From Adineta vaga (lineage: Eukaryota; Animalia; Rotifera), in the NCBI GenBank assembly GCA_021613535.1, contig CP075495.1, positions 744,001 through 808,000 on the forward strand: 64,000 nt of DNA, in the 5' to 3' direction. Positions 25,905 to 37,069 of the stretch are shown here, piece by piece. The notes under the pieces are model-generated. The model was not told the origin of the DNA. It worked only from the letters and a program-made list of their open reading frames with translations, and searched no databases. Position numbers and translations under genes: made by a program. Within the stretch, counting starts at the first letter, position 1. Each line of letters starts with the position of its first letter.

Positions 25905-26203
25905 ATACACGGTAGTAAGATCAGACATGATCTGACAACTTAATATACGAGAAGACGGCTCACATTCTATTGTTCAAATATGTATTAACCTTCGAAAACA
26001 AAATATTAACCTTTTTTGTGAAATCAATTTCACGCTCAACTCTACACCTCCAGTCATGGTTTCACCCAACTTCCAGGTCCGTACTCCCACAAGATGAAGA
26101 TTTCCAACTATGCCGTGACTGATGTTTTTTTGACCTTTGATCCTGACACAAATTTACAGACAAACTATTTTTTTCACAAGACCCTCCCTACAGTCGAGGA
26201 ATA
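25905..26203 (-). mobile_element. Diverged partial copy of the Helentron-like element at 363-743
   Basis: Shared …tgtattaac…aatattaac…gaccttt gacc…acagacaaactatttttt…accctcc…tacagtcgagg. Confidence 0.7.
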
Positions 26204-26357
26204 TTCGCTTCTGGAACTATTTTAATCGAAAATCATAATAAAACGACATTTATATGATAAAGATTATATTACGCTTGAATACTGTCATTTGGAAATAAAT
26301 TTATTTCGAAAAAAAATAAAATTTCTAAACTAAAAAATAGTTTGAGGAGAAAAATAT

Positions 26358-27962
26358 TTAATCGATATTTTTATAAGGAAATGCTTTAGTTGTTCTTTGC
26401 ATTTGATAATCAAAACCAATTGTCGGAGTCATTTTAACAATTTCATTTAAAACACATTGAATAAATTCTGTTGTTGTCGCTGTTCCACCAATATCCGGAG
26501 TTTTTAATTTATGTTCTTGAATTGTACTTAAAACAGCATTTTTAATTGTTGAACAATGTTGATCCAATCTAAAAATGGATTCATATGAAAGAAAATTCTA
26601 ATCTATAAAATAATTTACCCTAAATATTTCAACATATTTGCAGCAGCAAAAAGAATTCCCGATGGATTTGCGATATTTTTTCCTGCAATTCCAATACCTG
26701 TATTTCGTGTACCTTGTTCAAAGATTGCATAATGATCACCATAATTCGATCCAGCAACAAAACCTGAACCTCCAACAAGTCCAGCACAAAGATTAGAAAT
26801 AATATTTCCATATAAATTTGGCATAACCATAACATCAAATTGTGTCGGACGATTGACTAATTGCATACAAGTATTGTCAACAATCATTGTATCGAATTTA
26901 ATATCCGGATATTCTTGAGCAACTTCACGACAACACTCAATAAATAATCCATCACTCAATTTCCTACACACAAAAAGAGTTTGAAAATGTAATATATAAA
27001 GAACAAAATGTTTGTTATTACATGATATTGGCTTTATGAACTGCAGTGACTTTTTTTCGTTCATCATGTTTAGCAATTTCGAATGCAAAACGAGCGATTT
27101 TTAAAGATTTTGCTCGTGTTATAACTAAAGAAAAATGAGATAATTTCAATTGTTAATAAAATAATGTTGCTTCATTTTCTATTCATACTTTTCAAACTTT
27201 CAACTACACCGGGAACAGACTAAAATGATAATTTTAAAGATTTAGTTTTGAAGAAAATTAAATTTTTTACTTCATGTTCAAGTGAACTATATTCTCCTTC
27301 AGTATTTTCCCGTACAACAACAATATCAATGTCAGAATGTCGTGTTGGGACAACCGGGCTCGTTTTACAACGAATCACATTTGCATAAAGATCAAGACGA
27401 GTTCTAATAGAATCAATTTTTTGACTATTCATTCAATACAAAACAAAAATAATTCTTACCGAAGAAGAACATTAAGTGATTGAGATGTATTTTGTGATGA
27501 AATATTACCTAAAATATATTTTCATGAATATATATTTTTCATTTTCTTTATTGAATTCTTTGTACCTTTTAGAGCCATTCCATTACGTCGAACAGCAGTA
27601 ACTGCTCTTTCAAATAAATCATCACTAGCAACATTACTTGATAAAGGAATTTCTTCAAAATCTACTGGTGCTCGAACACATCTAATAAAAGTCTTTTACA
27701 AAAATAGAAAATAACATCTTTTTAACTAACCGAATAGCTGCTTTGACATATTCCATAAGTTCTGGTCCAACACCATCACCATGTATCAAAGTGACTGTAT
27801 ATTTACCTCCATAAGCTGTTCGCCAAGGTATACTCAACTACAATTCAATCATAATTCACAATTGAAGAGAAGAAAAACAAAATAAATATTTACATCTGTT
27901 GCTAAAGATCGACGAAATGAAGGAAAAACATGACGAGTACTAATTTTAAGAATAGATTGCAT
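26358..27962 (-). CDS. IDH3G: NAD-dependent isocitrate dehydrogenase subunit gamma, mitochondrial (multi-exon)
   Basis: Presequence [21 protein letters not shown]; [20 protein letters not shown]; [15 protein letters not shown]; VHKANIM; DNTCMQLV…[13 protein letters not shown]; short GT-AG introns. Confidence 0.88.
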
Positions 27963-28136
27963 TATGTTTTCTTCTTAAAGTAGTTAACTACTTTATTCGT
28001 TTCTCATATTATCTCAAAATAGAACAATATTGTCAACAACTCATCATAAGTTTTTACCAATCTATTCTTTTGATAGGTTAATAAATAACTTAATAAGAAG
28101 ATAGATGGCGTTAGTAGACACGATATATTCATTTTT

Positions 28137-29012
28137 TTATTCAATTGTATTATTAAAAAATGGTAAAATATTTTGAAAAAGAAAATCTTTATTTGGTTCA
28201 TGTGTTACATCTTGATGTTTAACATGTGAAACAAATGTATATAATTTTCCTTGTTCCCACAATGTTCGTAATCCAATTAAATCTTCTGTAAATTGTCTTG
28301 AATTATTCCATGTTTCAATTTCTAATGAATTTTTCATATAACCCATAAATAAACCTGATTGTCTTGGCATAATAACTTCATCTATATCCGAATAGGTCAT
28401 AACAAATGAATTTAATTTCAAAATATTTTCACGATAGATTTCATTTCGAATATTATCACGTTCATTATTTATATCGGGAAGGAAATGACAATTAGAATAA
28501 TATCTATCTAATTGTTCAGGATCACGCCAATAATTCGCAGGACTAATTGCATTTTGTATAGGCGTTTCATAAGCATATTTAGTTAATAAATCTCGTAATT
28601 CAATTGGTAATTGTAAAAGATAAGGAATACCAAATACACCTTGATGAATACCACTTAATGTTATTAGATTATAAACAGGTAAAGAACAACGTTGAACAGC
28701 ACCACGAACAATAATACTACCTTGAGAATAACCAAGAAGATTGAAACCTTGTCGAAGTTTAGAATTTGAATTAATTATTTGACAAAATTTTTCTACTTGA
28801 ATATCTAATGGAAGAAGATATGAATCTAATTTTCCATTTCCTATTTCAATCGATATAACATAAATTTCTGGATAAAGTGAACGAATCCATCGTGCTATAT
28901 CTTCCATTGCAGCTGCATTTGATGTAATTCCATGCATTAAAACAACTGGACGATAATTCGAACTATAAACATTCGTTATACTGATGAAAATAAGAAGAAA
29001 TAGATGAAACAT
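28137..29012 (-). CDS. Palmitoyl-protein thioesterase (PPT1-like), secreted/lysosomal
   Basis: Signal peptide, PVVLMHG, GYSQG nucleophile elbow, ANYWRDP, FLPDINNE. Confidence 0.9.
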   Translation of the reverse strand: MFHLFLLIFISITNVYSSNYRPVVLMHGITSNAAAMEDIARWIRSLYPEIYVISIEIGNGKLDSYLLPLDIQVEKFCQIINSNSKLRQGFNLLGYSQGSIIVRGAVQRCSLPVYNLITLSGIHQGVFGIPYLLQLPIELRDLLTKYAYETPIQNAISPANYWRDPEQLDRYYSNCHFLPDINNERDNIRNEIYRENILKLNSFVMTYSDIDEVIMPRQSGLFMGYMKNSLEIETWNNSRQFTEDLIGLRTLWEQGKLYTFVSHVKHQDVTHEPNKDFLFQNILPFFNNTIE

Positions 29013-29126
29013 AATGATTTTCGATATTCAATGAAAAGAATCTCTTTTAAATATTATAAAAACCATCTGATAAATATTCTCAAGACTTATATTTTATTAA
29101 AACAAAAACAACAACAAAATATGATT

Positions 29127-30643
29127 TTAATCATAAGAAGAAAATAATTCAATATTATGTTGTTTTAAATAATCTTGAACTTTTAATCCTCGAATATCTC
29201 GACTTGCAATTAAAGATAAATTTCCATCATTTAACGCACAAATTCCAAATGCATTGATTTGTATTGATGTTTGATATTGTTGATAATTACAACAATGAAT
29301 TAAATGAGCTTTTGGATCATTAATAAATAATAATGAATATTCAATATTATCATTACACATTGTTGTTGTTATTGATTCATTAGAAGTTTTTGATAAGAAA
29401 ATTGACTTTTTTTCTGTTGAAATAATTGATAAAGGATATCGAGCATCGATTAAATCGAATGAATGAATTCTTTCTAAATATTCTGTATCATAAACAACAA
29501 TCATCCATCGTTTACCTGGATTTGTTTGTACTAAGAAACTTATAAATGAATCATTAATCGTAAAATCAATTACATGATATTTGATCTTTTCTTCGGGATT
29601 TAAAAGTTTATTTTCTAAATTTATTATCGGAAGAAATAATGAATTTTCGATATCATATTTTCCTAAAATAACTTTTGAGAATGATAAAAATAAAAATCTA
29701 ATCATATTTTCATAGATATGTACACTAATGAAATGATCATTTTGATTAATTAAATTAATTTCTTTTATAATATCGATTTGTTGATTATTTAATCGAAAGA
29801 AAACAAATCGATTTGTTTGTCGAGTACTAAAATAGAATAAATGATTGAATTTTGAATAACCAAGATTAAGTATTGGTTCTGTAAATGAAAGATTAATTTT
29901 TATAATTTTACGGGTTTGATTTGAGATATGTTCTAATTCATGAGATTGTAATAGATAAATTAGAAAAGAATTTTCATCATCATTAAAAGAAATTAATCGA
30001 GGAGTTCGATTATTTTCATAAGGAATTTGAAATAAAACATCAATTCTACGATCTGGTTCAGCAATACTTGAACATGTTGATATTAAACGAGATTGAGGTT
30101 CACAATCCGGTTCTTTATTTCTAAAAAAAAAACAAACAAATAGTTAATTTGTTATTACTTTCAAGATTAAAATTACTGTTCAGCAAATTGTTTGTGATGT
30201 GAATGACCTATTGAACTATTTTCAATTGGAATAAAAGAATGATCAATTTGTTCACGTTTATTTGTAATAAAATCATCAAAATTAATATCTTTGAAATCAT
30301 ATGAAGGAATATCTTTTAACATTCGTGGTCGAAATGGAAAAGTTTTTTTAAATTGATTTAATAAATCTAATGCTTTTATTTCATTTTGATTAATTAATAA
30401 ACATATACGATCAAATTCATGTTGATTCGTATTACATGTATCAATATTTTGTTCTTCAACATAATTTAATTCAATACTAAATTTATTTTTAATTTTCATT
30501 AAATTTTCCATTTGTCGTTTAATATGAGTAAAAATATTATTTCGAATTTCATTTAATTTATTCATAAATTCATCTTTATCATTATCGAGAACATTTTGAA
30601 GTATATGTAATTCATCACGAACTGATTTAATTGAATCAACCAT
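29127..30643 (-). CDS. Hypothetical protein with an N-terminal coiled coil and a beta-rich C-terminal region (2 exons, intron ~30122-30174)
   Basis: ORF 30173..30643 is heptad-rich. An open frame runs from ~30121 into ORF 29127..29705. Confidence 0.6.
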
Positions 30644-30862
30644 TGAATATATTCTCGATGAATAAAACAGAACGAGTAAAAGAAAAACATATTAACACTG
30701 GGAAAAAAATCTTTGTCAACGTATTTTTTTATCGGTTGTTATAACTAACCATACAAATTTTGTATTCGAGTCTCTTTAGAAGAGATGTCAATCGTAACCA
30801 AAAACAAAATGTATAAAATTCACAAATTTGTTTAGTAAACAGAAACATTTTCGTTTTTACTC

Positions 30863-31822
30863 ATGAAATATTTACTTAATTTAATTCTTCGACGTAAATA
30901 TTCTTTATTATTAATTCTATTCATTTTCAATAGTATTTATTATTTCAATCATCATATTAAATCATCGATTTCAATTGAAATTGGAAATTTATCTGAAAAT
31001 ATTAACGTCATTGATTTAGGAAAAGAAACAAAAGAGAATTTTTCATGTATTCAAACAAAACGTTTACTTGATACGATTCAAACAACAATTTGTTTACATG
31101 ATTCTCGTGATGCAGTTAGTAATGAAATTCGAAAAGATAAAATATGGGAAGAAAAACATTTAAATAAACTATTTCAATATCTTATTGATAATCCACATAT
31201 GAATTTTATTGATATTGGAGCAAATCTTGGAGCATATACAATGTTTGTTGCTTCATTAGGAAGACAAGTGATTTCTATTGAATGTTTTAAACCAAATATT
31301 GAACGAATTCGTCGAGCAATTCAAATCGAAAAAGTTCAAAATAAAGTTATACTTATAGGTAATGCAATTTATTCATTTTCAGGTGAACAATTAGCTTTAC
31401 AATCTGAACCAAATAATATCGGTTCTCAAGGACTTGATCTTACTTTGGATCTTCGTCAAACTAAACTGAATGAAACATATATAGTAAAAACAATTTTATT
31501 CAATGATATTTTACCGATATTAAAAATAAAAAATATTCGACATGCAATTATGAAAGTTGATATTCAATGGTCAGAAATGTATATTTGTCAAAGAGGAAGT
31601 GATGTCTTTGATTATGTTAATATTCCAATTGTTTTTATGGAATGGGATATTAATGGAAAAGGACGTTATGAATATCGTTTACGTTTTATTCTCAAGTTTT
31701 TTCTTCAACGAAATTATATTCCAACTGCTGATATGTGTAAAACTCTTCAGGAAGTTGATGCTTTAAGTTATTGGCCAGGTGATATTTATTGGATGAAAAC
31801 AAATGTGCCAAAATCGTGTTAA
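30863..31822 (+). CDS. FkbM-family SAM methyltransferase with an N-terminal membrane anchor
   Basis: FIDIGANLGAYT motif I, VISIEC, IMKVDIQ (KIDVEG-like). Confidence 0.88.
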   Translation: MKYLLNLILRRKYSLLLILFIFNSIYYFNHHIKSSISIEIGNLSENINVIDLGKETKENFSCIQTKRLLDTIQTTICLHDSRDAVSNEIRKDKIWEEKHLNKLFQYLIDNPHMNFIDIGANLGAYTMFVASLGRQVISIECFKPNIERIRRAIQIEKVQNKVILIGNAIYSFSGEQLALQSEPNNIGSQGLDLTLDLRQTKLNETYIVKTILFNDILPILKIKNIRHAIMKVDIQWSEMYICQRGSDVFDYVNIPIVFMEWDINGKGRYEYRLRFILKFFLQRNYIPTADMCKTLQEVDALSYWPGDIYWMKTNVPKSC

Positions 31823-32598
31823 ATTTGTTTGAGTTGTATATTTAGAAAGAATTTCTTTTTTCTTAATAAAAGAATAAAGTAAAGCAACACACGTTTTATC
31901 GTATTTCCTGCTTTCTAACGAGAAAAAAAGAGAGAGAGAGAGAGAAGATTTTATGTTGATTAATATCTAATATAAGAAACGTGAATTCACTAGAGTGTCA
32001 AGGAGAAGAAAAAAAAAAGAGGTCGATTATGTGCGTATAGTGGTTGTGAGAGTTTTCTTAAAAGCACTTTTAAGTATATTTGTCGTCTTTATTCAAAAGA
32101 ATATAGTAAGTCTTATTTTCTACTTTCATTTCTCATACATTATTATTTATCGATATAAATATAGTCTTTCATCTATCGACGGGAATTGAACTCTGATTAA
32201 AAGCTTTTTTTTAAATGAGAATGTCACTTGTAATGGAATGTATTTAGAAAAATAGTCAAAATTCTAAACTAAGAAATCCTGTAATGAACTATTTAACAGC
32301 ATATATATGTTTTAAATACGTAAAAAAACAAGTACACTCAGGATCTTGTAAAGAAAAGAATGAAGATTCAGTTGAAGACCTCTATTACCAACAGTTTATA
32401 ATTACAAGTAGACATCTCTCACAAACAATCTACACTGAAGTTGGTAGTTTTATATTTTTGTTTATTTCGATAACCTTGTCACCATTAGAATCATTATCCA
32501 TCTGTATGAAATGAATTCTTCTCTATGTCGTGAATACAGGCATTGCAAAAAGATAAATTTCAAATTCAATGTTTGTTTTATTGATTTCAGATAGGAAA

Positions 32599-33579
32599 AT
32601 GATTATCTTTTTATTTAAATTACTTTTTCGACAAAATTATCGTTTGATATTTTTAATATTAAGTTTAATTCTATTAGTTTTAATATTTTATTTACAAAAT
32701 ACATCAATAATTGTATCAAATCAAAATTCAATTATTATTCCGATAAAAGAATTATCTCAATATGTTGATATAATTGATTTAGGAAAAGAAACAAAAGACA
32801 ATTTTTCATGTATTCAAACAAAACGTTTACTTGATACAATTCAAACAACGATTTGTTTACATGATTCTCGTGATGCAGTTAGTAATGAAATTCGAAAAGA
32901 TAAAATATGGGAAGAACAACTTCTAACTCGATTATTAAAATTTCTTAAACGATTTCCACATATGAATTTTTTGATATTGGAGCAAATGTTGGAACATATA
33001 CAATGTTTGTCCTTCATTAGGACGCAAGTAATTTCTATTGAATGTTTTAAACCAAATATTGAACGAATACGTCGAGCAATTCAAATAGAAAAAGTTCAAA
33101 ATAAAGTTATACTTATAGGTAATGCAATTTATTCGGTAACTGGTCGATATTTTAAAATGAGATCAGATCCAATGAATGTTGGTTCACAAGCTGTTCTTGC
33201 AGATAGTAAAGTTAATCAAACAGAATATAATAATATCTATGTAGTAAGAACGATTCAATTCGATGATATTTTACCGATATTAAAAACAAAAAATATTCGA
33301 CATGCAATTATGAAAGTTGATATTCAATGGGCTGAAATTCATTTATGTCAAAAAGGAAATGAAATTTTTCATTATGTTAATATTCCTGTTATTCTTATTG
33401 AATGGGATCTTGGTTCACGTTTATTTGATCGTTTTGAAAGTCTTTTAAAATGTTTTATTTCACGTCATTATGTTGCAACTTCAGATTTATGTAATTTACT
33501 TCCTGAAAGTGAAGCTTTGAAAACATGGCCATCTCATTTCTATTGGATGAAAATGAATCGAAGTGAAATTTGTTCATGA
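32599..33579 (+). CDS. FkbM-family paralog with motif I scrambled by three compensating 1-nt deletions
   Basis: Collinear with 30863-31822. The gatattggagcaaat (DIGAN) DNA is present but out of frame. Confidence 0.75.
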   Translation: MIIFLFKLLFRQNYRLIFLILSLILLVLIFYLQNTSIIVSNQNSIIIPIKELSQYVDIIDLGKETKDNFSCIQTKRLLDTIQTTICLHDSRDAVSNEIRKDKIWEEQLLTRLLKFLKRFPHMNFLILEQMLEHIQCLSFIRTQVISIECFKPNIERIRRAIQIEKVQNKVILIGNAIYSVTGRYFKMRSDPMNVGSQAVLADSKVNQTEYNNIYVVRTIQFDDILPILKTKNIRHAIMKVDIQWAEIHLCQKGNEIFHYVNIPVILIEWDLGSRLFDRFESLLKCFISRHYVATSDLCNLLPESEALKTWPSHFYWMKMNRSEICS

Positions 33580-33992
33580 TCATTAAAATGAATGTTGAAG
33601 GAATTATAAAAAGACATGATGTGAGCTTAAACAGTTTTTTTTACTTATCATATGAGGAAGTTCACAGTTATAATGTTGTTTTATTTTCATTCTTTATAAA
33701 AATGTAATTTTTGATTCAAAATGTTTATATTTCTATCACAACTATGATAAATAGTGACGGTCTTTTCAACTGGGCAATACAAAAAATTGTCTATAATCCA
33801 AACGGTAGCTTAAACGCACTGTATTTTTATTCTATATACACGTATGAATGTATTTCTATTTCTTTTCAACTATAAGATTACGCAAGAACATCGTAATGAA
33901 TAATATAATTAAATGATGATGTGGCGTTGATGTCATCATATTTTGTATGTATATATATATATTCATTGAAATCCTTTGAAAATTTTGTTAAA

Positions 33993-35177
33993 ATGTCGAT
34001 GGATAAAACTTATCTTTCGTTATGTGATAAAATAATGCCATATGTTTATATTCGTTCATTACTTATTTATGATTATAAAATAGAAAATATTGAAAAAGAA
34101 TTTCTTCAATATCTTCAAATATATTGTCCACAAGCATTTCAATGTATTATTTATGATTATTCAAATGGACGAATTATCCCGAATGAAAATCAACAAAAAA
34201 TCTTTTCTAATGAATCTCGATTAACTGAAAGTATATCAAAATATTTAAATAATAATACTTTTATTGATAATTTATTTCCCTATGATTCAATACCAACAGA
34301 TATATCACCTTTAATTTTCTTACATCAAATTCATTTCAATGATGGAACAATATTAATCTTCGGTTGTCATCATCTTTTTTCCGATGGACATGGTTTTAGT
34401 TTATTAGGACAACGATTTTCTTTATGGTTAAAAAAAATCAAAGCAAATTTCTTTGATCATGATCGATCAAAACTAAATCACATAGCGATTTCATCTTCTA
34501 TTGAATTTGATCATCCAGAAATGAGTATTATCGAACCAATATATTCCTTAATGAATTTTTCTTCAACACAAACAATTATTCAACGTTTTACTAAAGAATC
34601 CTTATTCAATAAACTTAAAATTACAAATCAAAAATTATCAACTAATGATATACTTGTTGGATGGTTAACACAAATCATTAGTCGAATTCGTCAACTTCCT
34701 TCCGAAACAATCGTTAAAGTTGGTATGGCATTGAATGGACGAATGTTCTTACCTAATATTAATGAAGATTATTTTGGTAATTGTAGTTTTTATGTTTGTT
34801 TATCATTTCCAATGATTGATCTTCTCAATCAAACTGTCAATCAACTTGCTGAACGAATTCATATTGACAAACGAAAATTTATGACACAAGAATATATTCA
34901 ATCAGCTTTAGCTTTTATTAATAAATATCATCAACAATCAATGATTCATTTAGGATGGCAAGCATATGGAGGTGTTGATTTATCATTTACTAATTGGTCA
35001 CATTTTCCTTTATATCAATGTGATTTTGGACAAGGAAATGCAAAAATATTTCGTATTCCTTCAATACAATTCGATGGTTTAATTTTCATTTTACCAACAA
35101 TAAATAACAATGAAATCGAACTTCATATTTCATTAAAACATTCACATGCACAAGAATTATTAAGTCATCTTCAATAG
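33993..35177 (+). CDS. BAHD/Transferase-family CoA-dependent acyltransferase (plant/fungal type), intronless
   Basis: HLFSDG (HxxxD), YFGN, TNWSHF…DFGQG (DFGWG-like). Confidence 0.85.
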   Translation: MSMDKTYLSLCDKIMPYVYIRSLLIYDYKIENIEKEFLQYLQIYCPQAFQCIIYDYSNGRIIPNENQQKIFSNESRLTESISKYLNNNTFIDNLFPYDSIPTDISPLIFLHQIHFNDGTILIFGCHHLFSDGHGFSLLGQRFSLWLKKIKANFFDHDRSKLNHIAISSSIEFDHPEMSIIEPIYSLMNFSSTQTIIQRFTKESLFNKLKITNQKLSTNDILVGWLTQIISRIRQLPSETIVKVGMALNGRMFLPNINEDYFGNCSFYVCLSFPMIDLLNQTVNQLAERIHIDKRKFMTQEYIQSALAFINKYHQQSMIHLGWQAYGGVDLSFTNWSHFPLYQCDFGQGNAKIFRIPSIQFDGLIFILPTINNNEIELHISLKHSHAQELLSHLQ

Positions 35178-35401
35178 AAAATTTATTTTAAGAAAAAAAT
35201 ATTCCATCATTGAGGGTATGGGTGTATGTTTTATTATTTACTAAATAAAATACTCAATAAATACTTCTATACTTTCACTTACTGAAGCATATTGAATGAT
35301 TCTCTCTTTCTCTATAATGATATTGACCAATAGTTGACAAAAAATGAAGAGGCGCTTTTTCATTTCGAATAATAAAATGTCGTTTTTTTTCGTTTAATAT
35401 T

Positions 35402-36058
35402 ATGTTTCGACGTTTATTTGGCGATTCGAAAACGAAAGATAATCGTCGAACACATAATGAAAATGAAGATGCTCTACGAACGATCAATCATTTACAACAA
35501 AGTGAAGATTTAATGGATAAAAAATTAGAAAAATTCAATGAAGAAATACTTGAAATTCAAACAAAAGCTCGACAATGTTTAAATAAATCAAATCCAGATC
35601 GTATTGGTGCTATTCGTTTAATTAAACGACGAAAACAATTAGAATCTCAACGAGATAAACTTTATCAAATGAAACAAAATATTGAATTAGTTAATGAACA
35701 AGTTCAAACATCACATTTCAATCGACAAGTAACTGAAAGTTTAAATATTGGTCAACAACATTTAAAACGTGCACAAAAAACTATATCAACGAAGAAAATC
35801 GAAGATATTCTCGAGAATATTACTGAACAAATGGAAATATCTAATGAAATCAATGATTTATTAGCTGCACCAATTCTAACTACTGAATTTGATCTTGAAA
35901 AAGAATTAAATTCTTTAAATAATGAAATTCTAACTGAACAGATGACTCAAATAAATTTACCATCTGCACATTCCGGTACAATTCAATTATCAAAAGAACA
36001 TCAAAAATCTTCACTTGATAAACAATTAGATGAATTACAACGATTAACAACAGGATAA
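35402..36058 (+). CDS. Divergent Snf7/CHMP4-like ESCRT-III protein, intronless
   Basis: MFRRLFG N-terminus, IKRRKQLE, IEDILENITEQMEISNEI, DLEKEL. Confidence 0.8.
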   Translation: MFRRLFGDSKTKDNRRTHNENEDALRTINHLQQSEDLMDKKLEKFNEEILEIQTKARQCLNKSNPDRIGAIRLIKRRKQLESQRDKLYQMKQNIELVNEQVQTSHFNRQVTESLNIGQQHLKRAQKTISTKKIEDILENITEQMEISNEINDLLAAPILTTEFDLEKELNSLNNEILTEQMTQINLPSAHSGTIQLSKEHQKSSLDKQLDELQRLTTG

Positions 36059-36178
36059 AATGTATCATTCGAAATATCTCAATGATATATATTTAGTTGA
36101 TATAGAGATCGAAGTATACATTTCAAAATACACAAACAACATAAAAGAAAATGTTTTTTGTTTTTTTGATTTGATCTT

Positions 36179-36910
36179 TTACGAAGCCCATTTTTCTAAT
36201 TCAGCCAATTGATCATTCTTTGCTTTAGTTGATACTACTGGTTGTGTATAAGTTGGAAGAGGATGAGCAGGAACTGTAGGTAAATCAACTCGAGTCATTT
36301 GTTCTGAAAGTGCTTCTTGTTCAAGTTGAGCTAATTCATCTTCTAATTCTCGTTCATCAATATCAGCACTAAAACCAATTGGATTTGAAATAGCACTTGC
36401 AATTTCATTCGATAATTCATGTTGTTCAGCTAATTCATCCATTATATCTTGAACACTATCAACATCTAATTCTTTATGAACATTTTTCAATGCACTTGTT
36501 GCACTTTGTAGTGCAGTAAATGCTTGACCATTCATTGCAGCATTCTAAATAAATTGATTTTAAATGAAAAAAAGATAAATTATTTAGAATTGTTTTACTT
36601 GTAAAGCTTCACGTTGATATTCAAGTGTTGTTAATGTTCCATCGATTTGTTGTAAAGTTTTTTCTAAACGTTTCTTTCGTTTTAATGCATTTATTGCATT
36701 ACGTTTATTTGTTCGAGCATCACGACGTGCTATTGCTGTTTCTTCATTTATTCTTCCTTCTAAATGTTCGACTTTTTTATTTAAAACATCTTCAACATCA
36801 CGTAACTGTTGAATTGCTTCTTGAGGTGTTTGAGCTGTTTTCATTTTACCACCTTTGGATGAACCACCAAACATACGAGATAAAGCATTACCTTTGTTAT
36901 TGCTACTCAT
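36179..36910 (-). CDS. CHMP4: CHMP4/Snf7 (Shrub) ESCRT-III subunit; intron 36545-36598
   Basis: TPQEAIQQLR…ALKRKKRLEKTLQQIDGTLTTLEYQREAL…IASAISNPIGF…ELEKWAS. Confidence 0.93.
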
Positions 36911-37069
36911 CTTTTCTTATAAGAAATAATCGAGAATACAGTTTGAATATAAATGAATGAATAAGAAGAAGAAAAAAAAGCAAATACACAATTAATCATT
37001 GTCATGAGTAATCGTTCTTTTTGTTTATTGGATCGAATGGATTTAGAAATAAGAGAAAAAAAAAATGAC

